From positions 36,952,001 to 37,016,000 of the forward strand of contig NC_043009.1 of NCBI RefSeq assembly GCF_006345805.1: 64,000 nucleotides of DNA, given 5' to 3'. The first letter of the stretch is position 1, and each line of letters begins with the position of its first letter. The translations under genes and the position numbers were made by a program. This document shows positions 38,702-53,147 of this stretch, in pieces. This DNA is from Octopus sinensis (taxonomy: Eukaryota). The notes under the pieces are model-generated. The model was not told where the DNA came from, did no database searches, and worked only from the letters and a program-made list of their open reading frames with translations.

Positions 38702-39095
38702 CTAGCAGTATCGCCCGGCGTTGCTCGGGTTTGTAAGGGAAATAACTATACAGCATTTTTAGAGAGTTATAGCAAAAAAATAGCAAAAAAATGCATTAAA
38801 AATGGAAAAAATATGATGGTAAATTTTTTTTTAAATCGTTGACTCATCGTAGACATTTTTAGAGAGTTACTTCCCTTTAAAAAAATATGCATGAAAATGG
38901 AAAAAAATTATGGTAAATTATTTTTTAAATCGTAGACTTATCGTAGACGCGGGCTAATACCCAGAAGGGCTCGATATGAATCACGACTATAAGATACCCG
39001 GTTTTGGTTAAACTGCACCGCAAAATGTGGGAGTAGTTAGGAATCTAAATCGTAGGAGACAGACACTCACACAACTTCACTTCTATATATAAAGA
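38702..39095 (-). mobile_element. Non-autonomous Helitron
   Basis: On the minus strand: 5' TC, 3' CTAG, inserted between A and T, GC hairpin cccgagcaacgccggg about 12 nt before the 3' end. Internal ~100-bp duplication. Confidence 0.85.
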
Positions 39096-39519
39096 TGTCC
39101 AGTATTCATCTCCCCCACTATACACAGTTCTGGTCTTGTGTAGAAGTCAGCAACTGGAAGCGTAGCATGTAGGAATACTCAGGGACGTCTGTTGTGTGAA
39201 ATACAAATAGTAAAGTGGCAGTTAAAGTATTTATAATACTGAACCCTGAAATATTAATTTATATTTACTCAGACAGTGTTAAGTATTGGTTTTACTTGCT
39301 AAAAATTTATTCTAACGGACGAATGGTTAACAGAAGAAGCAGGAAGGTCAGTAGTTTGAGCTGGCCATTATACTGTCTGGTTGAAATGTATACGTATGTT
39401 CGATGGCAAATAATGTGCCCTGTGTGTGTATGTGAAGTGTGTGTGTGTGTGGTGTGTGTGTGTGTGTGTGTATGTGTGTGTGTGTGTGTGTGTATGTGTG
39501 ATTGTGTGTGTATATATAT

Positions 39520-39739
39520 TCTCTTTTACTCTTTTACTCTCTTACTTGTTTCAGTCATGTGACTGTGGCCATGCTGGAGCACCGCTTTAGTCGAGCAAAT
39601 CGACCCCAGGACTTATTCTTTGTAAGCCTAGTACTTATTCTATTGGTCGCTTTTGCCGAACCGCTAAGTTACGGGGACGTAAACACACCAGCATCGGTTG
39701 TCAAGCGATGTTGCGGTGACGAACATACACACACACACA

Positions 39740-39796
<57 letters not shown>

Positions 39797-39892
39797 TACG
39801 ACGGGCTTCTTTCAGTTTCCGTCTACCAAATCCACTCACAAGGCTTTGGTCGGCCCGAGGCTATAGTAGAAGACACTTGCCCAAGGTGCCAC
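39520..39892 (-). mobile_element. SINE family B, 5'-truncated
   Basis: Matches 35763-36185 in reverse orientation. Confidence 0.9.
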
Positions 39893-41587
39893 ATATATAC
39901 ATATATATATATATATATATATGAATTTATATATACACTCACATGTATGTGTGTATGTGGCTATTCTACTGAAAATAAAAGAATCCTTGAATGCAGATAG
40001 TCTATGACAACAACTTGGGAAATTGGGCAAATACCCTTAGAAGACAGACAGAAAAAAAAAGGTGACACTAAAGCCGCTGCAGAGAAATCGACTCTGTACC
40101 TATCCAGTTCCAGCGAAACGCTCTGTACCATTAAGCTAAGAGACCTCCCGGGGACACTCTTTTCGTCTTCTAAGGGAATTTATCCAATTTTCTAAGCTGC
40201 TGTCACAGCCTGTCTGCATCCGAGAATTCCTTTATTTTTTGTATAATACCAACTCATCGGGGCTTCTAAGTTTGATTACAAAGTATGTATGTATGTATGT
40301 ATGTATGTATGTATGTATGTATGTATGTATGTATGTATGTATGTATGCATGCATGTATGTATGTATGTATGTATGTATGTATGTATGTATGTATGTATGT
40401 ATGTATGTATGAACGAGGAATTATAAGATTGTCCCAAAAGTGCGTAGAAAGTCTTGGAAAATAATGGTCTTTATTTTGAGGAATAATTTTTGTTGTTTTT
40501 GTTAGTACTTGGCGAGTAAAAATTCAATTTTCGCAAGTGTTTACGAACTTTTGGGACAACCTAATATTACAGTGACCAATGACATCAGAGATTAATACCT
40601 TGCAATTTCAATAAAAGTTTTATTTATAGACATTATCACTGCTTCAAGAGAAGGTAGAAGGATCGTTTAGTGGTAATTAGCACCAACTCCAAATGAAGGA
40701 TTCATAATCTCAAGAATTTGAAGCAAAAACTCTCTGCAATCTGGTATGACATTACGGAAAAGACAAGCTTGTTTCGCTTTCCTTCTAACAAATTCACTGA
40801 TAAGGCATTGATCGCCCAGAGGGTATTGTAGATGACACTTGCCCAAATGTTGCGGTGTGGGACTGAGCCCAAGGTTACATATTTGGGAAGCCAATTTCTT
40901 GTGTTTATAAGTACATATATATATATATATATAGGGGTGAGAATTCACAAAAAAACAAAAGACGATGACATATGGTCTAGACAACAAACACATGTACTAG
41001 TTTAACGCTCGGGAAGTGAAAAAGTCTTTAACGTTTCGAGCCTATGCCCTTTCACAGAAAGGAACGCAGAAAGAAACAAGGAGAGAAAATAAAGAATGTG
41101 TAGTGGCTAACGATCTAACATGGCAAATGCCGGGGACACACACACACACACACACACACATACACATACATACACACACACAAATACACACACGCACAAA
41201 GGCCCGCACACACACATACACACACGTACACACGCATGCATATATATGTTTGTATGTGTATGGGTATATATATATATATATTTGTGCGTGTGTGTGTTTG
41301 TGTGTGTGTATGTATGTTTGTGTGTATGTGTATGCAACAGTTTGCATGACAAAGTGTGCCACCTTGAAGGGTTCAGTTGAACAAATAGACACCAGTACTG
41401 ATTTTTAATGTCTTAAACACATCAATACCGATTGTCAAGCCGTGGTGGGTGAAAGACACACACATAGATACATACACAAACGCATATACAAACACACAGA
41501 CATATATGTATATATATATTATATATCATATATATATTTATATATATGTATATATATATATTATATATCATATATATATATATATAT

Positions 41588-41654
<67 letters not shown>

Positions 41655-41677
41655 AGAGAGAGAGAGAAGAGAGAAAG

Positions 41678-41710
<33 letters not shown>

Positions 41711-42297
41711 CACTTACATACATATATACGGATCAATAGAGGTGACAGAATTTGTGACTCTGATTAGAAAGGAAATCAATCTTAAAGAAAAGTGTAAGTC
41801 TCATTCGGCGGTTCTCATGCCTTTCCCATGGTATATTTAGTGAGATAATTTATCTAAACTGATGTTAATGGGGTATTTTTGGAATCGGTGGCATTATTTG
41901 CAACTTTACCAGGAACCTACCACGAAATATATGGCACTTGCCACAAGACGAAACTTGATTTATGGTGGAGATAAAATATTTGTGACGTTCGCTTGTAATA
42001 GAGTACTCAACATACGATAAAGAAAGTGATTTGTACTTGAAATTATCTCCGTAACACATACCTAACGATGTTGCTTCGTCAGCAAATGTTTAAAAGGAAC
42101 ATTCTGTTTTGTCGAAGAATTCTCTATGAAATACGATAGAGGACGAAATGGTTGTGAGTTTTAAAGGCATGGAAGGAGGCAGAGTTGATAATAAAGTCAT
42201 TGTTCTACTGATGGTGCTGAGTTGAAGTTTGGTACATACCAGAAATGTTTCGAAAATCTCCAATCAAATTAATGTTATTGTCATGAAGACCATTATG

Positions 42298-42299
42298 AA

Positions 42300-42350
<51 letters not shown>

Positions 42351-42417
42351 CATTATCATCGTCGTCGTCATCGTCATCGTCGTCATCGTCATCTTCATCA
42401 TCATCATCATCATCATC

Positions 42418-42459
<42 letters not shown>

Positions 42460-42553
42460 GTCATCATCATCGTCATCATCATCATCGTCACCATCATCAT
42501 CATCGTCATCATCATCGTCATCATCATCGTCGTCGTCGTCATCGTCATCATCG

Positions 42554-42610
<57 letters not shown>

Positions 42611-42628
42611 CCATCATCACCATCATCA
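42298..42628. repeat. (AAT)n followed by (CAT/CGT)n microsatellite
   Basis: Directly visible; source of the poly-D/M/I ORFs. Confidence 0.97.
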
Positions 42629-42669
42629 GTAATGTTCGTAACTCGCTGGAACCCCAAGCAGTTTCTTTA

Positions 42670-42992
<323 letters not shown>

Positions 42993-43084
42993 TATTATAT
43001 TATTATTATTATATTATAACTATTTGTTATTATTATTATTATTATTATATTATTATTATTATTATTTATTATTATAACTATTTA

Positions 43085-43115
<31 letters not shown>

Positions 43116-43188
43116 AACTATTTATTATTATTATTATTATTACTATTATTATTATTATTATTATTATTATATTATTATTATTATAACT

Positions 43189-43237
<49 letters not shown>

Positions 43238-43367
43238 ACTATTTATTATTATTATTATTTATTATTATTATATTATTATTATTACTTTTATCATTATTGA
43301 TACCATCATTATCATCATAATTATTAATAATGTTTGTAACTCACTGGAACCTCAAACAGTTTCTTTA

Positions 43368-43518
43368 AGGCGGCAGAATTGTTCAAATTCCGCCATGGTC
43401 GACTTTGTCTTTCATTCTTTCGAGTTCGATGAATTAAGTATCAGTTACGTACTGAGATCGATCTAATCGGCTGGCCACCTCCCCCAAAATTTCAGGCCTC
43501 GTGCCTTTAGTAGAAAGG

Positions 43519-43520
<2 letters not shown>
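43368..43520 (+). mobile_element. SINE family A, internally deleted, tail B, running into (ATT)n
   Basis: ggcggcagaattgttcaaattccgcc..core..tail B. Confidence 0.82.
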
Positions 43521-43566
<46 letters not shown>

Positions 43567-44075
43567 GAGTGAGAGAGCAGCGCATGCCATCAAAGTGATA
43601 CTGGGGTACAAATATACGAAACCCAGTATATCCGACTGATAAGGGTACACCAGGCATATGCATCAGAACCATGTGTGCGTGACATGGTGATTTCATATCA
43701 AGATAAACAGCGCATCAACTTGCAGGTAGGGCTCAGTTAAAATTTTCTTCAGTAGCCCAGACTGCTCAAAAGGACCCTGATTAAGGGTTGTTTAAAGATG
43801 TTGTTCGAAACACCCATGTTTCTAGAGATAACTTATTCAATCCCCAAAGAATACCCCTCAACACATAATTATGATGCTCCCTCACTACTTCTGCTCGTGG
43901 TCAGAGATGCACATATTATTAACCACCAAGGGGCATACTCAACTGATTAAGATCAAACAACTGACAAGCAGAATATTTGCTGTAGCCCTTCTTTTACACC
44001 CAGACAAAACATGTATATGATGACATTTTCATTCAGTTAAGATCAGAAGCCACGAGAGCCGGCGCCTGTCGACCT
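43567..44075 (-). repeat. Interspersed retroposon-like repeat with (AAT)n tail
   Basis: Homologous to 40-410. On the minus strand it ends ..ctctctcactc(aat)n. Confidence 0.75.
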
Positions 44076-44466
44076 GGCAAAATTGTTAGCACGTCAGACG
44101 AACTGCTTAGAGGTATTTCGCCTGCCGTTACGTTCTGAGTTCAAGTTCCGCCGAGGTCGACTTTGCCTATCATCCTTTCGAGGTCGATTAAATAAGTACC
44201 AGTTACGCACTGGGGTCGATATAATCGACTTAATCCGTTTGTCAGTCCTTGTTTGTCCTCTCTGTGTTTAGCCCCTTGTGGGTAGTAAAGAAATAGAAAT
44301 AGGTATTTCGTCTATCTTCACGTTTTGAGTTCAAATACCGTCGAGGTCGGCTTTGCCTGTCATTGTTTCGGGGTCGGTAAATTAAGTACCAGTGAATCAC
44401 TGCGGTAGTTGTAATCGACTAGTTCCCTCCCCCAAAATTTCAGGCCTTGTGCCTTTAGTAGAACAG
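44074..44466 (+). mobile_element. SINE family A dimer (A-B)
   Basis: Head, core, tail A, restart at ggtatttcgtc, core, tail B, (ATT)n. Confidence 0.9.
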
Positions 44467-44479
44467 GTTAATATTATTA

Positions 44480-44547
<68 letters not shown>

Positions 44548-44554
44548 TTTTTTT

Positions 44555-45215
44555 TTTTTTCTCTTTATCACAAGTTTTGTTGGAGCTCCTGGAGTCTTGC
44601 ATGCGTAGCGGGTTTGCTACTTGCAATCTACGGTACCATGCTATTTGTTCTTTTCAGCTATATTATACTTTCCTGATTATTCTGGCCGTGCCAAGGAGGC
44701 AAACCTTTTGTAAGAGTTCTACTGGGCACTCTATTCCAATTTCCTTTATATTCCTCTTGATTCCTTCTGATACTGTTTCCAAGGACCCAACAATAATTGT
44801 CACTATCTTCACTTTCTTCATCTTCCATAGTCGGGCTCTTTCGTACTTAAGAGGGTTGTATCTATCTAACTTTTCGCCTTCCTTCGGGGCATGCAACATC
44901 AACTATACAGCATATGTGGTGCACTTTGTCCACCACCACTAGGCCTGGTCTGTTATGCTCTGACACCTGATCTGTTTGGATTGGGAAATTCCAGAGGATT
45001 TTGCTAGTCTCCGACTCTGCCACTCTGCGGTTTGTGCTTTATACCACGCCTTGGCTCTCTCTCTAGCCCCCCTTTACGCGTAGTTTCCAATATAGCGCTT
45101 TCGCTACCTGGTCCTCTCGCAACAACTTGTAGTGGTTTTCGGCAAGTCTTGGGCATTCGTTCTTGATATGGGCCATGGTTTGATCCACTCTATTGCCGAT
45201 GCCGCACAGTGGAGA
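44555..45215 (-). mobile_element. R4/Dong 3' fragment
   Basis: SPLCG..TMAHIKNECPRLAE.HYK..D.VA, ILW(N/D)FPIQTD, EKLDRYNPLKYE.ARLWKMKKVKIVTIIVGSL, LLQKVCLLGTARIIRKV. 3' end gtgataaagagaaaa+(taa)n. Confidence 0.9.
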
Positions 45216-45223
45216 AAGAGAGT

Positions 45224-45294
<71 letters not shown>

Positions 45295-45682
45295 AGGAAG
45301 CCGGCCGGTAATCTCACCAAAATTCCAGCGTGGGGACGAATTTATGTATAGAAAGCCAAATTTTGTGGGGAGGACCAAGCAGAGCTAAGATATAGAAGTT
45401 TGCGAAATTTTTGAGAGGCGTTTCGACAAATTGGAACTAGCACAGCTAAGATATAGAAATTTATAAACTATATCTCAATGTTTTGAAAAAATATAGTAGT
45501 CTATCTATAAAATACCACACCATATTTATGATAAAGTAATCTATCTATGGGAAATCACATCGTAGTTAAGATATAAAAATCTATAAACATTTCAAAGTTT
45601 TAGCAAACATAGAAAGTAATAGAAAATTCTCGCATATTTTTAGCGAGAGCTGTTATAATGGTCATCCTATTGTGGGAATGCC

Positions 45683-45729
<47 letters not shown>

Positions 45730-45758
45730 TATTATTATTATTATTATTATTATTTATT

Positions 45759-46745
45759 GTCTTTACACAGCTTCTGACGCTGGAGATGTTCTACGGTGCC
45801 AGCTGTTCACATCTAGTGAACTAAGGTAAAACCCCGTATTTTTCGAGCACCATCCAGAGTATTCGAGCGGTTCAAAACAATGCTGTTTTCTGCAAGTGCT
45901 CCACCCTTATTGCGGCCCCTATTTGTTCCTTGTACTTCTCAAGATTTTTATTCGCTGTTTCCGGGGCTCCGACAATTATTAGTGCTACTACCACCTTTTT
46001 CATCGACCACAACTACTCCCACATTATCTGCCACACTAACCTCCCACACTAACCTGCCATATCTATTGACTTTTCTTTCTTCCTTATCGCATACCTTGTT
46101 GTCAGCTGGGCATGTTATATCTATGATCCAGTATCGTTTGCTTTCTTTCTCAATTAACACTATGTCTGGCTTCCGATTCTCAATCTAATGGTCGCACTGA
46201 ATCATAAAATCCCATAGGATCTTTGTATTATCATTTTCGACGATGCCTTCGGGTTTATGTTCGTACAACTTTTTTGCTCTGTCTAGTCCATACTTGTTGC
46301 AAAGTGTCCAATGGACAACCCTTGCTTTATTGTCATGACGTCTCATATTCTTTCTGGGCTAGTGGCATACATTGACTGGTAATGTGCTATACGGTTTCAC
46401 CATTTTGTCTACAGATTCTGCACTTATCACATTCTGATGTGTTGTCTATTCTGTATATGATGTGATTAATTCTTAGTGCTTGCTCTTGGGCAGCACAGAT
46501 TAGAGCCTCTGTTTCGGTTTAAAATCACTTTTAGCCATCCATAGCTATCCTTTTTCCCTGTCTTATTTTCAACATCCCTATGAAATTGACCATGCATTCT
46601 TTTCTTTCAATATTAAACTTCCTGTTTAGCGTCCTGTATTTTTGTTCGCTTTTAAGCTCTCCTTTCTCTTTTCGGTCTAACGCAGAGATTTCCTTCGAGA
46701 GCATATCTAACCCTGCCTGAATTCTTCTTTTCCATAAGCTGTTGC
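45759..46745 (-). mobile_element. R4/Dong 3' fragment (another family)
   Basis: ALICAAQEQALR, CRICRQNGETV.HITSQC..YERRHD, ILWDFMIQCDH.IENRKPDIV..WIIDITCPADNKV. The 3' end abuts (taa)n. Confidence 0.9.
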
Positions 46746-47214
46746 TTATGTTGTTATGTTTTTGCTGATGCTTATGTTGTTAATGTTGTTGTTAATGTCG
46801 ACCCTAGTATTAATGTCTGTTCATTTAGTTTTCATCAGCGCCGCCACGACAATCATATCATCACCTCCACCATCAGATTTAGCCTTCTCTTCTCCACTTC
46901 ATCACGATGATAATGATGGTAGTGTTAATGATGATCATCATGATGGTCAAAACCGTCCTAATTGTCGTCGTCATCGTCATCAACCTCCTCTCCCCCTTCC
47001 TTCCTCCTTCTTGCACACTCCTCCGTCTATCACTTCATCTTCTTCCCCTCCTCCTCGTCATCGTCGTCATTTTTATCATCATCATCATCATCATCGTCGT
47101 CGTCGTCATCATGATGATGATCATCATCATCGATTTCGGATTTTTTCGGTTGTTATTGTCATTACTAGATGACTACGTTTATAAAACTTATTTAGGTAGT
47201 ATTAGTATTAGTAT

Positions 47215-47267
<53 letters not shown>

Positions 47268-47284
47268 ATAGCAGTAGTAGTAGT

Positions 47285-47670
47285 GGAGGCGCAATGGCCC
47301 ACTGGTTAGGGCAGCGGACTCGCGGTCATAGGATCGCGGTTTCGATTCCCAGACCGGGCGTTGTGAGTGTTTATTGAGCGAAAACACCTAAAAGCTCCAC
47401 GACGCTCCGGCAGGGGATGGTGGTGATCCCTGCTGTACTCTTTCACCACAACTTTCTCTCACTCTTACTTCCTGTTTCTGTTGTAGCCGTATTTCAAGGG
47501 ACCGGCCTTGTCACTCTCTGTGTCACGCTGAATATCCCCGAGAACTACGTTAAGGGCGCACGTGTCTGTGGAGTACTCAGTCACTTACACGTTAATTTCA
47601 CGAGCAGGCTGTTCCGTTGATTCGGATCAACCGGAACCCTCATCGTCGTAACCGACGGAGTGCTTCCATC
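47285..47670 (+). mobile_element. SINE family C, full length, inserted in (AGT)n
   Basis: ggaggcgcaatggcccactgg (A box), ggactcgcggtc (TCG anticodon-like loop), gtttcgattcc (B box). Nearly identical to 62895-63280. Confidence 0.93.
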
Positions 47671-47694
47671 CAGTAGTAGTAGTAGTAGTAGTAA

Positions 47695-47782
<88 letters not shown>

Positions 47783-48525
47783 GGCAGCAGAAACAACAGC
47801 AATGGTAGTTGTTCTTGTAGTTTAACTCAGGTCAGTGCTAATTGAGGAGGCGTTGATCAAACGTCCTCCAGGCGTGACAACCATCTTGTCATTTTATACA
47901 ACCAAGTACTACACTGTCCAATGTACCCCTTCCTTAAGGGTGATTAGCGGTAGATTTTGTTGTTGTTTCTAGCAACAAAATGGAACTAATGTCCCCACAT
48001 AGGCTGAAGAAGCAACAGTGTTTATAAATCACTGCTTTAAAAGCTGTGCCACCTTCTGATTTATGACACACCACTTCATATCTCTTATCTTTGCTTATTT
48101 TAGTTCATCACATTATATACCATTATTACCACCACTGCCAACACCACCACTGCCAACACCACCACCGTCGCCACGGCCACTATCTACACCACCGTCATTG
48201 TCACTGTCACCACCGCCATCACGGCCACTATCTACACCACCGTCACCATCTCCACCACCACCACTACCGCCGCCGCCGCTGCCACTACAGTCACACTACC
48301 GCTTCCACCATCACCACCACCACCACCACCACCACCACCACCACCACTATCAACTAAAAACAATACTACCACTTTACCACCACTTTCAGTCAACAACACT
48401 ACAGCCACCGACAAAAACATCATGACCACCACCACCACCATAACCACTAACGCCGTTGCCACCACCATCACCAGTCATCACCAACTACCACCACCACCAC
48501 CACCACCACCACCACCACCAACAAC

Positions 48526-48558
<33 letters not shown>

Positions 48559-48879
48559 ACAACAACAACGTCAACAACACCTCACCCCGTACTAACTAAC
48601 ACTATACACTCATGTTCCAGATAGTTGTTAATCTTTCGCTCTCCTTCATATCATTTTCTGGAGATAACGGATAGAATGATCAGGATAAACGGGTGGATGA
48701 GGTAAACATGCTTCTGTTCTTGGATTTATCTCGTACAAGGCTCCGTTGGCACAGCTGCGCAGTGATGGGTTTATCTTGTAATTGAATAACTATTAAATCT
48801 GGTTTATAAAGAAGCCTTTATAAGTTTGAAATAATAACGAACATGGGGAATGGAAAATAAGGAACGGAAAACAGAGGAA

Positions 48880-48907
48880 AGCAGTAAACATATATACTTA
48901 TGTGTGC

Positions 48908-48983
<76 letters not shown>

Positions 48984-49053
48984 TATAGGTATGTATATAT
49001 ATATATACAGGCATATACATATATATATATGTATATATGTATATGTATATATG

Positions 49054-49117
<64 letters not shown>

Positions 49118-49220
49118 CGCATATATATATGCATATATATATATATATAATATATGCATATATATATATATATATATATATGCATATATATATATATGCA
49201 TATATATATGTATGTATATA

Positions 49221-49275
<55 letters not shown>

Positions 49276-49292
49276 ATACATATTTGTATATA

Positions 49293-49362
<70 letters not shown>
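48880..49362. repeat. Compound (TA)n/(TG)n microsatellite
   Basis: Directly visible. Confidence 0.95.
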
Positions 49363-49363
<1 letters not shown>

Positions 49364-49728
49364 CAGACAGAACGAAATTAAATATACCAATCTCTTTCGT
49401 CTCTGACCCATACCCCACTCCCTTCCTGTCGCTCCCCAGTCTCCCCGCCCCTCTCCCTCTCTTCTAGCGATGAAAAAAAATTATTTGTTTTAAAAAGTAA
49501 ATTTTTGTTTTGTTTACGCTAATGGAAACAATTCCAAAAAGAATGCGAGAAAAATCGCTGAAGAGCAGAAAACTTCAAGTAATATTGCGAAAAGGTTAGC
49601 TAAATTCAGTATTCTATGAATTCAAAGGTCTGCTGGATCAGCGTTGACCTGGGGCTATACAACAACAACAACAACGACGACGATGACTACGAGAACAACA
49701 ATAACAATATCGACAACAGCGTCAGAGT

Positions 49729-49905
49729 GGAGGCGCAATGGCCTAGTGGGTAGGTCAGCGGACTCGCGGTGGTAAGAACGCGGTTTCGATTCCCAGACCG
49801 GGCATTGTAAGTGTTTATTGAGCAAAAACACCTAAGCCCCACGAGGCTCCGGTAGGGGTGGTGGTGAACCCCGCTGTACTCTTTCTCTCACTCTTCCTTC
49901 CTACT
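49729..49905 (+). mobile_element. SINE family C, 5' half
   Basis: Head and start of body match 47285. Confidence 0.88.
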
Positions 49906-50919
49906 TCTGCCACAAAGCAGAGGAACCGTGGTGTAACCTACTATGGTGTGGTAAACTTTCAGGCCCTAGTCTAGATTGCGAATCTTCTGTACGCTAGGAT
50001 GGTTCAGCTCTCCACCCGTTAAAAGCCACCGTTTACGGAATAAGGATAACAACGTAGCGTTCGCGCCCGTGCAACCGCCAGTCTATCGAATGTGGTGAGT
50101 GGATCTTCAAGTTGTCACACGCACTCTTAGTAGGCTCGAATTAGAGATTATTCTTTGTCGCTAATGGCGTGAGTCCTGATTGGAAAAAGAAGACAGCATC
50201 AAAATCAGCATAACTCTACTGGTTCAACGACAGACCTGTCAGAGACTGGGTTAGTTTTTCATACTCTGTTGAAGGTATTAATGATTTGTTATGCCTAACA
50301 TTGTGCGTGCGGCGAGATTTAATATTTTGACGTAAAATATTACTGATTTCATGAATATGGGTGGAATGAAACGCTACGTCAAACCCGAAAGACTAACTAA
50401 ATAACAAGTGACGGCTACCGGAACATTTCTTCTTATGGATCCTAAACGCAGCACATTTTTACAGACATCAATATATTGTTATGTACTGACACGTGAAGAG
50501 GGTTAGATTTCTGGGTCCTTATTAGATTGGTGAGGGAAGAAAAAGGTCACTGATCACAGAATGAAATTCCGAGAGATCTCATGTGGACTTCGGTCCTAAG
50601 TTAAGTTCACATTTCCTCCTAAACATTAGAGAATAAATTACGGTAGTTTGTTATGGAAGCCGTTGTTTTAATTAGATTACTAATTAGATTAGTAATCAGA
50701 TTTACTATGCTTTTACTATTAATTTTCCTGCTTTTTCTTTTTCTCTGTATAATTCATATACTTCTAGCTTTCATTACTTTACTTGAAATACATGTCTGCT
50801 TTGCGTCCTCTCTTTAACCAATTTCGAACGAGTTGCAATGCACCTGAGCACTATATACACTAAGTTCTTTATTATCATTATTGTCATTATTATTATTATT
50901 ATTATTATTATTACTTTTT

Positions 50920-52723
50920 TTTTCTTCTTTCAAATTTGCTTCCATTTCTTGCCGAGTGTCTTCCCGACTCCTAGGGCATAGAAACTCATAGTATACATTG
51001 GTAGGCCATTAAACCAAACTCAGTAGTTCGTTCATTTTTTTTTTTTTTTTTTTTTAAAGTTAAATTAAAATACATGAGCAGCAACAGTTTTCACATCGAC
51101 AATGCTCTTCTCAATACGTGTGATGTACCAGTTAAGACAATCTTTTGCACTTCTTGCAGGGATGGTAAGCCAGGGATCATTCTCATATAATTTTCGGTTC
51201 CCTTCTTGATCATTCCTAGTTCTCTTACGATCACTGGTATTGTAACCGCCTTCAGATGCCACATTTTCTCAATTTCAATGAGTAGGTCTTTATATTTTCT
51301 GAGCTTGTCAAACTCTTTCGCTGAGATATTATGATCACAGGGGATGCTCATGTCGATCAATAAGCAAACTTTATTGTTTTGGTCTTTCACAACAATATCT
51401 GGTTTATTGGCCTTGATGGTTCGGTCTGTATGTACTGGAAAGTCCCACAGAATGGTTACATTTTCTCCTTCAGTTACAGCCTCAGGGTCGTGATTATACC
51501 ACTTGTCGGCAGTTTTGATATTGTAATGCCGACTTATTAGCCAGTGGAGATATTGGCCAACTCTGTCATGTCTTAATTTATATTCCACTGGTGCTAAGAC
51601 TTTACATCCAGAGATTAGGTGGTCCACTGTTTCAATCATGTCGTTGCAGAATCGGCATTTTGGGTCTGCTCCATTTTTCATCACATTGGCCTGGTAGTTC
51701 CGGTTAATAGGCTTTGATCTTGAGCAGCCAGGATGAAACCTTCGCTCTCTGCTTTTAGCCCTGAGCTCCGTAGCCACTGATGGGTTTGCTTCTGGTCAAC
51801 ATCAGCTTGTTTGCTGCGGGTCACATATTGGCCGTGCAGAGGTTTCTCCTCCCACCTATCAGCCAATTGCTCGTGCGCTTTCTTCATTGCCATCATTTTC
51901 ACCTTCTTTGCAACAATAGTTGCCGTACTTCCCTCGGGTTGTTCAGTTTGGGTATCCTGCACGAGATCAATAGCAAATTTTTTGCTTTCCTTTATGATAG
52001 AATGAAGCTTCTTTCGTCTCTCGTGATTTTCCACGAGCTTTAGCATCCAGTCATTCGATATTTCGAGATATTTGGCCAGTCCAATTGTGGTTGTTTTGTA
52101 AGCTAGTTCAAATTGGATCAGGCCTCGACCTCCTTGGGCTCTGGGAAGGTAAAGGCGATCTACGTCTGCCTTTGGGTGGTGCATCCTATTACAACTCAGC
52201 AGCTTGCGTATTTTTCTATCTATATTCTTTACTTCACTCATATTCCAGTTCAACACATTGTAGCTATAAGTAACAACTGGAACTGCTAAGGAATTTATAG
52301 CTAACACCTTGTTACGTGCATTTAGTTCAGATTTCAGGACTGCACGAACTCTCCTATAACATTCCTTCCTGATTTTCTCTTTCATGCTTGCATGCTGAAT
52401 ACCAGAGCCTTCATTTATCCCTAAATATTTGTATGTTTGTTCTTGCTCAAGCTCTCTTATGACTGTGTCAACATCTAACGCGACTGAATTTGTGGTCTTC
52501 ACTTTCCCTTTCTGGAAAGTGGCCTTGGCACACTTCTCAAGTCCAAACTCCACCCCGATGTCATCGCTGAATGCTTTCACGGTGCGCAATAGGCCTTCAA
52601 GTTCATTATTGTCTTTACCATAAAGTTTTAAGTCATCCATATAAAATAGATGGCTTATTTTTTTATTGGCAATTTTATACCCATACCCTGTTCTGTTTAA
52701 TTCACTTGTTCTGTTTAATTCAC

Positions 52724-52724
<1 letters not shown>
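50920..52724 (-). mobile_element. Young 5'-truncated R4/Dong retrotransposon (RT end, CCHC, RLE, 3' UTR)
   Basis: ORFs 52640-51681 (319 aa, YMDDLKLY..YKYLG) and 51777-51091 (CRFC..ETVDHLISGC..RHD, NKPDIVVKD..LIDMSIPCD..KLRKYKDL) join through one frameshift near 51701. (TAA)n on both sides. Confidence 0.96.
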
Positions 52725-52796
<72 letters not shown>

Positions 52797-53006
52797 GGCG
52801 AGCTGGCAGAATCGTTAGCATGGTGGACGAAATGCTTACCGGTATTTCGCCCGTCGCTACATTCTGAGTTCAAATTCTGCTGAGGTCGACTTTGCCTTTC
52901 ACCCTTTCGTGGTCGATAAATTAAGTACCAGTGAAACACTGGGATCGATCTAATAGACTAGTCCCCTCCCATAAAAGTTCTGGTCTTCTGCCTATAGTAG
53001 AAAGAA
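52797..53006 (+). mobile_element. SINE family A monomer, tail B, between (ATT)n tracts
   Basis: Head, core and tail B. Confidence 0.92.
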
Positions 53007-53030
53007 TTATTATTATTTTTATTATTATCC

Positions 53031-53081
<51 letters not shown>

Positions 53082-53147
53082 TTATTATTATCATTATTAT
53101 TATTATTATTATTAATATTATTATTATTATTATTATTTTCATTATCA

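Noticed and set aside
45383-45578. ag(c/t)taagatata(g/a)aa three times at spacings of 61 and 120 bp, superficially CRISPR-like
   Set aside because: Only 15 bp, three degenerate units, irregular spacing, eukaryotic context and no cas genes. It is best read as a decayed ~60-bp tandem repeat.
49905-50290. Non-simple sequence after a truncated SINE C, vaguely like a LINE 5' UTR
   Set aside because: No second copy in the window and no diagnostic motif, so it is left unannotated.
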